Of a stretch of DNA of 48,760 nucleotides, positions 47,001 through 48,760 are shown in pieces. Origin of the DNA: Macrostomum lignano (taxonomy: Eukaryota); NCBI GenBank assembly GCA_002269645.1, contig NIVC01001365.1, forward strand, positions 1 to 48,760. Direction: 5' to 3'. Below the pieces are notes generated by a model. That model searched no databases. It saw only the letters and a list, made by a program, of their open reading frames with translations, and was not told the origin of the DNA. Position 1 is the stretch's first letter; each line of letters begins with the position of its first letter. The translations under genes and the position numbers were made by a program.

Positions 47001-48760
47001 CTTGCTCAAGGACTCAGATTGCTCCGATGGGATCGGGAATCGAACTCACGACCTGCAAGTCGTGAGCCCGACTCTCTAACCACTAGACTGCAACCCCATA
47101 TAGACTAAAGACTAAACGAAGGATCAGTCTCAGAGTCGGAGGAAATTCTCACCTGCTGGCAGACGCGAGTCGGGTCGCCGGCCTCGGCCAGCAGCGCCAG
47201 CAGCATGTCGACGTTGCCGCCTTTGGCCGCCGTGTGCAGCGGCGTCTGGCCCAGCCGGTTGGCCTTGTTGACGTTGGCGCCGCTCTTCAGCAGCATCTCG
47301 GCGCAGCGCTCGCCGCCGCTGGTCCGAGCCGCCAGATGCAGCGGAGTATCTTCGTCTTCGCCGCCCTTGACGTCCACCTGTTGAGTAATGAGGTAGTTGG
47401 GGAATACGTACTCAGGCCGCGCTCACACAAGATGTACATTAACCCCTGACCTTGTCATTGTCAGTCATGCACACACTCGGCGAGTTAGAATTCATGGGAG
47501 CAGATCGTACAACAAGCCTTATCGTTGGCTCTCCGGACATTTGAGACCTACCACAGTTTGACACTGATAGCAACCATTCAAGCCCCGGAGGCCGTTTTCC
47601 AACCTTGACAACTAGTACTGAAAATTCCATCTCAAATACACTTTGTTTAATAAGGACAATCCTGACTTTTTGTGGTGCTTTATAGGGCGGTGTAACCTAG
47701 TGGTTAGAGCGTCGGACTCCGACTTAAAGGTCGAGGGTTCGATTCCCGATCCCACTCGGAACAATTTGTGTTATTGAGGGGTGGGGGGTTTCACAAACTA
47801 CTGTATGGTTCTTGTTATATTAAATTTTCGACGTCAGTTCACCCAGCTGTAAAATGGGTGCCAGCATTAGCTGGGGTAATTGAGGGTGTGTGGCGACCCC
47901 CAGTCCTTGGACTGAACAGCCGTACGCAGCCTTCAGATGCGCCGCGCAATAGCTGCGGCTGAGCTGTCAGTTGCGCATCTGGCCCAATTGGGGCAGGTGT
48001 AATCAATTATTTATTATTATTATTATTCATAGTCCAAACCCATTTCACTCCAGAGACTAATTGCATTCCACAGACCAATTGCACTCCACAGACTAATTGC
48101 ATTCCACAGACTAATTGCATTCCATAGGCTAATTGCACTCCACAGGCTAATTGCACTCCACAGACTAATTGCATTCCACAGACTAATTGAACTCCACAGG
48201 CTAATTGCACTCCACAGACTAATTGCATTCCACAGACTAATTGCATTCCACAGACTAATTGCATTCCACAGACTAATTGAACTCCACAGGCTAATTGCAC
48301 TCCACAGACTAATTGCATTCCACAGACTAATTGAACTCCACAGGCTAATTGCACTCCACTGGCTAATTGCACTCCACAGACTAATTGCATTCCACAGACT
48401 AATTGCATTCCATAGGCTAATTGCACTCCACAGGCTAATTGCACTCCACAGACTAATTGCATTCCACAGACTAATTGCATTCCACAGACTAATTGCATTC
48501 CACAGGCTAATTGCACTTCACGGACTAATTGTAGTGCTCCAGCACGAACCTGCGCCCCGAAGCCGAGTAGGGTTTCCACTACGGCCGGGTGGCCCCTGGC
48601 CACGGCTTCATGCAGCGCAGTCAGCCGGTCCTTCGTCACCGCGTTCACGTTGGCGCCCTTCTCCAGGAGGCTGCGGACAACGCTGGCGTGACCGCTTTTG
48701 GCGCGCGTGCAGGCAGACTCCGCCGCTCTTGTTCGGCATGTGCAGCGGCACTCCGCGTCG
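35016..48760 (-). CDS. TRPN1: TRPN1/NompC ankyrin-repeat mechanosensitive channel, 5'-incomplete. Exons in transcript order: >48760-48550, 47377-47153, 46505-46251, 46142-46029, 44550-44452, 43653-43453, 43184-43086, 43003-42905, 41300-41046, 40645-40457, 40337-40230, 40143-39946, 39366-39130, 38381-37716, 37411-36721, 36592-36429, 35637-35590 (tentative), ~35275-35016 (acceptor unresolved)
   Basis: Serial ankyrin repeats (TPLHLAA) collinear with NompC as recalled (VVETLLGFGA, ERCAEMLLKSGA, HARVDVFDT). Linker EEFILASPAPAETAAKLS..EKERAKEL. Transmembrane region FLTFHHQFGPWSIII, pore FEELFFALFG, S6/TRP box NLLIAMMTDTYQRIQTESDTEWKFGRAKLIRNM. C-terminal LEDVVDWK. Canonical GT-AG sites with compatible phases apart from frameshifts near 48705 and 36552 and the unresolved last acceptor. 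Confidence 0.95.
35922..36219 (-). mobile_element. SINE family 1 (CORE-like), near full length
   Basis: Reverse complement of the 15463-15783 copy with box A/B head and TAT-rich tail. Confidence 0.85.
38655..39000. repeat. ~25-bp minisatellite CACCCACCACCTCACTCCTTAAATG (C-rich orientation)
   Basis: Tandem periodicity; it is the reverse complement of the array at 39575-39885. Confidence 0.9.
39575..39885. repeat. 25-bp minisatellite GAGTGAGGTGGTGGGTGCATTTAAG (G-rich orientation)
   Basis: Tandem periodicity; inverted relative to 38655-39000. Confidence 0.95.
40780..41000. repeat. Degenerate (CTACCCAACCCACT)-type repeat
   Basis: Direct inspection; abuts a TRPN donor. Confidence 0.8.
41480..41815. 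repeat. 32-bp minisatellite GAGACGGAGAGAGAGGGTGAGAGTCAGATTGC
   Basis: Tandem periodicity. Confidence 0.95.
42224..42830. repeat. 40-bp minisatellite CACTCAGAGCCAATCAGAAGCGAGTAAATTCTCGAGAACA (~15 copies)
   Basis: Period 40 (42241 to 42281); most units contain AGCCAATCAG. Confidence 0.97.
43215..43432. repeat. 20-bp minisatellite CTAAATTAGGACTAAAGAGA filling most of a 268-nt intron
   Basis: Tandem periodicity between exons 43184 and 43453. Confidence 0.95.
43695..44390. repeat. 22-bp minisatellite CCAGAAGAGTCATTGGAGTCTT (~31 copies)
   Basis: Tandem periodicity. Confidence 0.97.
44722..45980. repeat. 11-bp satellite (GGATGGAGCTT)n, >100 copies
   Basis: Tandem periodicity; source of the 521-aa pseudo-ORF. 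Confidence 0.98.
46808..47098 (-). mobile_element. SINE family 1 (CORE-like)
   Basis: Reverse complement of family-1 head, central domain and 3' domain, with a small internal deletion. Confidence 0.85.
47685..48030 (+). mobile_element. SINE family 1 with an internal replacement (~47770-47835) and (TAT)n tail
   Basis: GGGCGGTGTAACCTAGTGGTTAGAGCGTCGGACTC..GGTTCGATTCC..CAGTTCACCCAGCTGTAAAATGGG..GGGGCAGGTGTAATCAATTATT. Confidence 0.85.
48050..48530. repeat. 18-bp minisatellite GACTAATTGCATTCCACA (~26 copies)
   Basis: Tandem periodicity; starts ~20 nt into the intron after the 48550 donor. Confidence 0.97.

Overview
Eukaryotic (metazoan) genomic DNA with GT-AG introns, GC-rich exons with poly-Ala/Gln tracts, and introns packed with unrelated minisatellites. 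The style and the p40-type small HSP fit a free-living flatworm such as Macrostomum (inference, not provable here). Four host genes can be assembled by hand. (1) A two-domain alpha-crystallin small heat-shock protein (+, 1333-2560). (2) An Ikaros/Hunchback-type zinc-finger gene that keeps the C-terminal dimerisation fingers but lacks a tandem DNA-binding array (+, 5811-8226). (3) A 17-exon SPATA1-like gene with a long ER/K helix insertion (+, 13943-33670). (4) The 3' part of a TRPN1/NompC mechanosensory channel (-, 35016 to beyond the window end). Mobile DNA includes an internally deleted THAP/P-superfamily transposon (33-bp TIRs, 7-bp TSD) inserted in a G-rich minisatellite, and two tRNA-derived SINE families, one with a MIR/CORE-like domain. 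About 20 different tandem arrays are present. The most unusual structures are an inverted pair of minisatellite arrays bracketing a frame-neutral TRPN exon, SINE-born minisatellites, a SINE hairpin with compensatory changes, and a probable GC-AG donor whose read-through gives an immediate stop. Several 1-2-nt frameshifts, mostly in homopolymer runs, suggest long-read consensus errors. All gene models and family assignments were made by eye without database searches.
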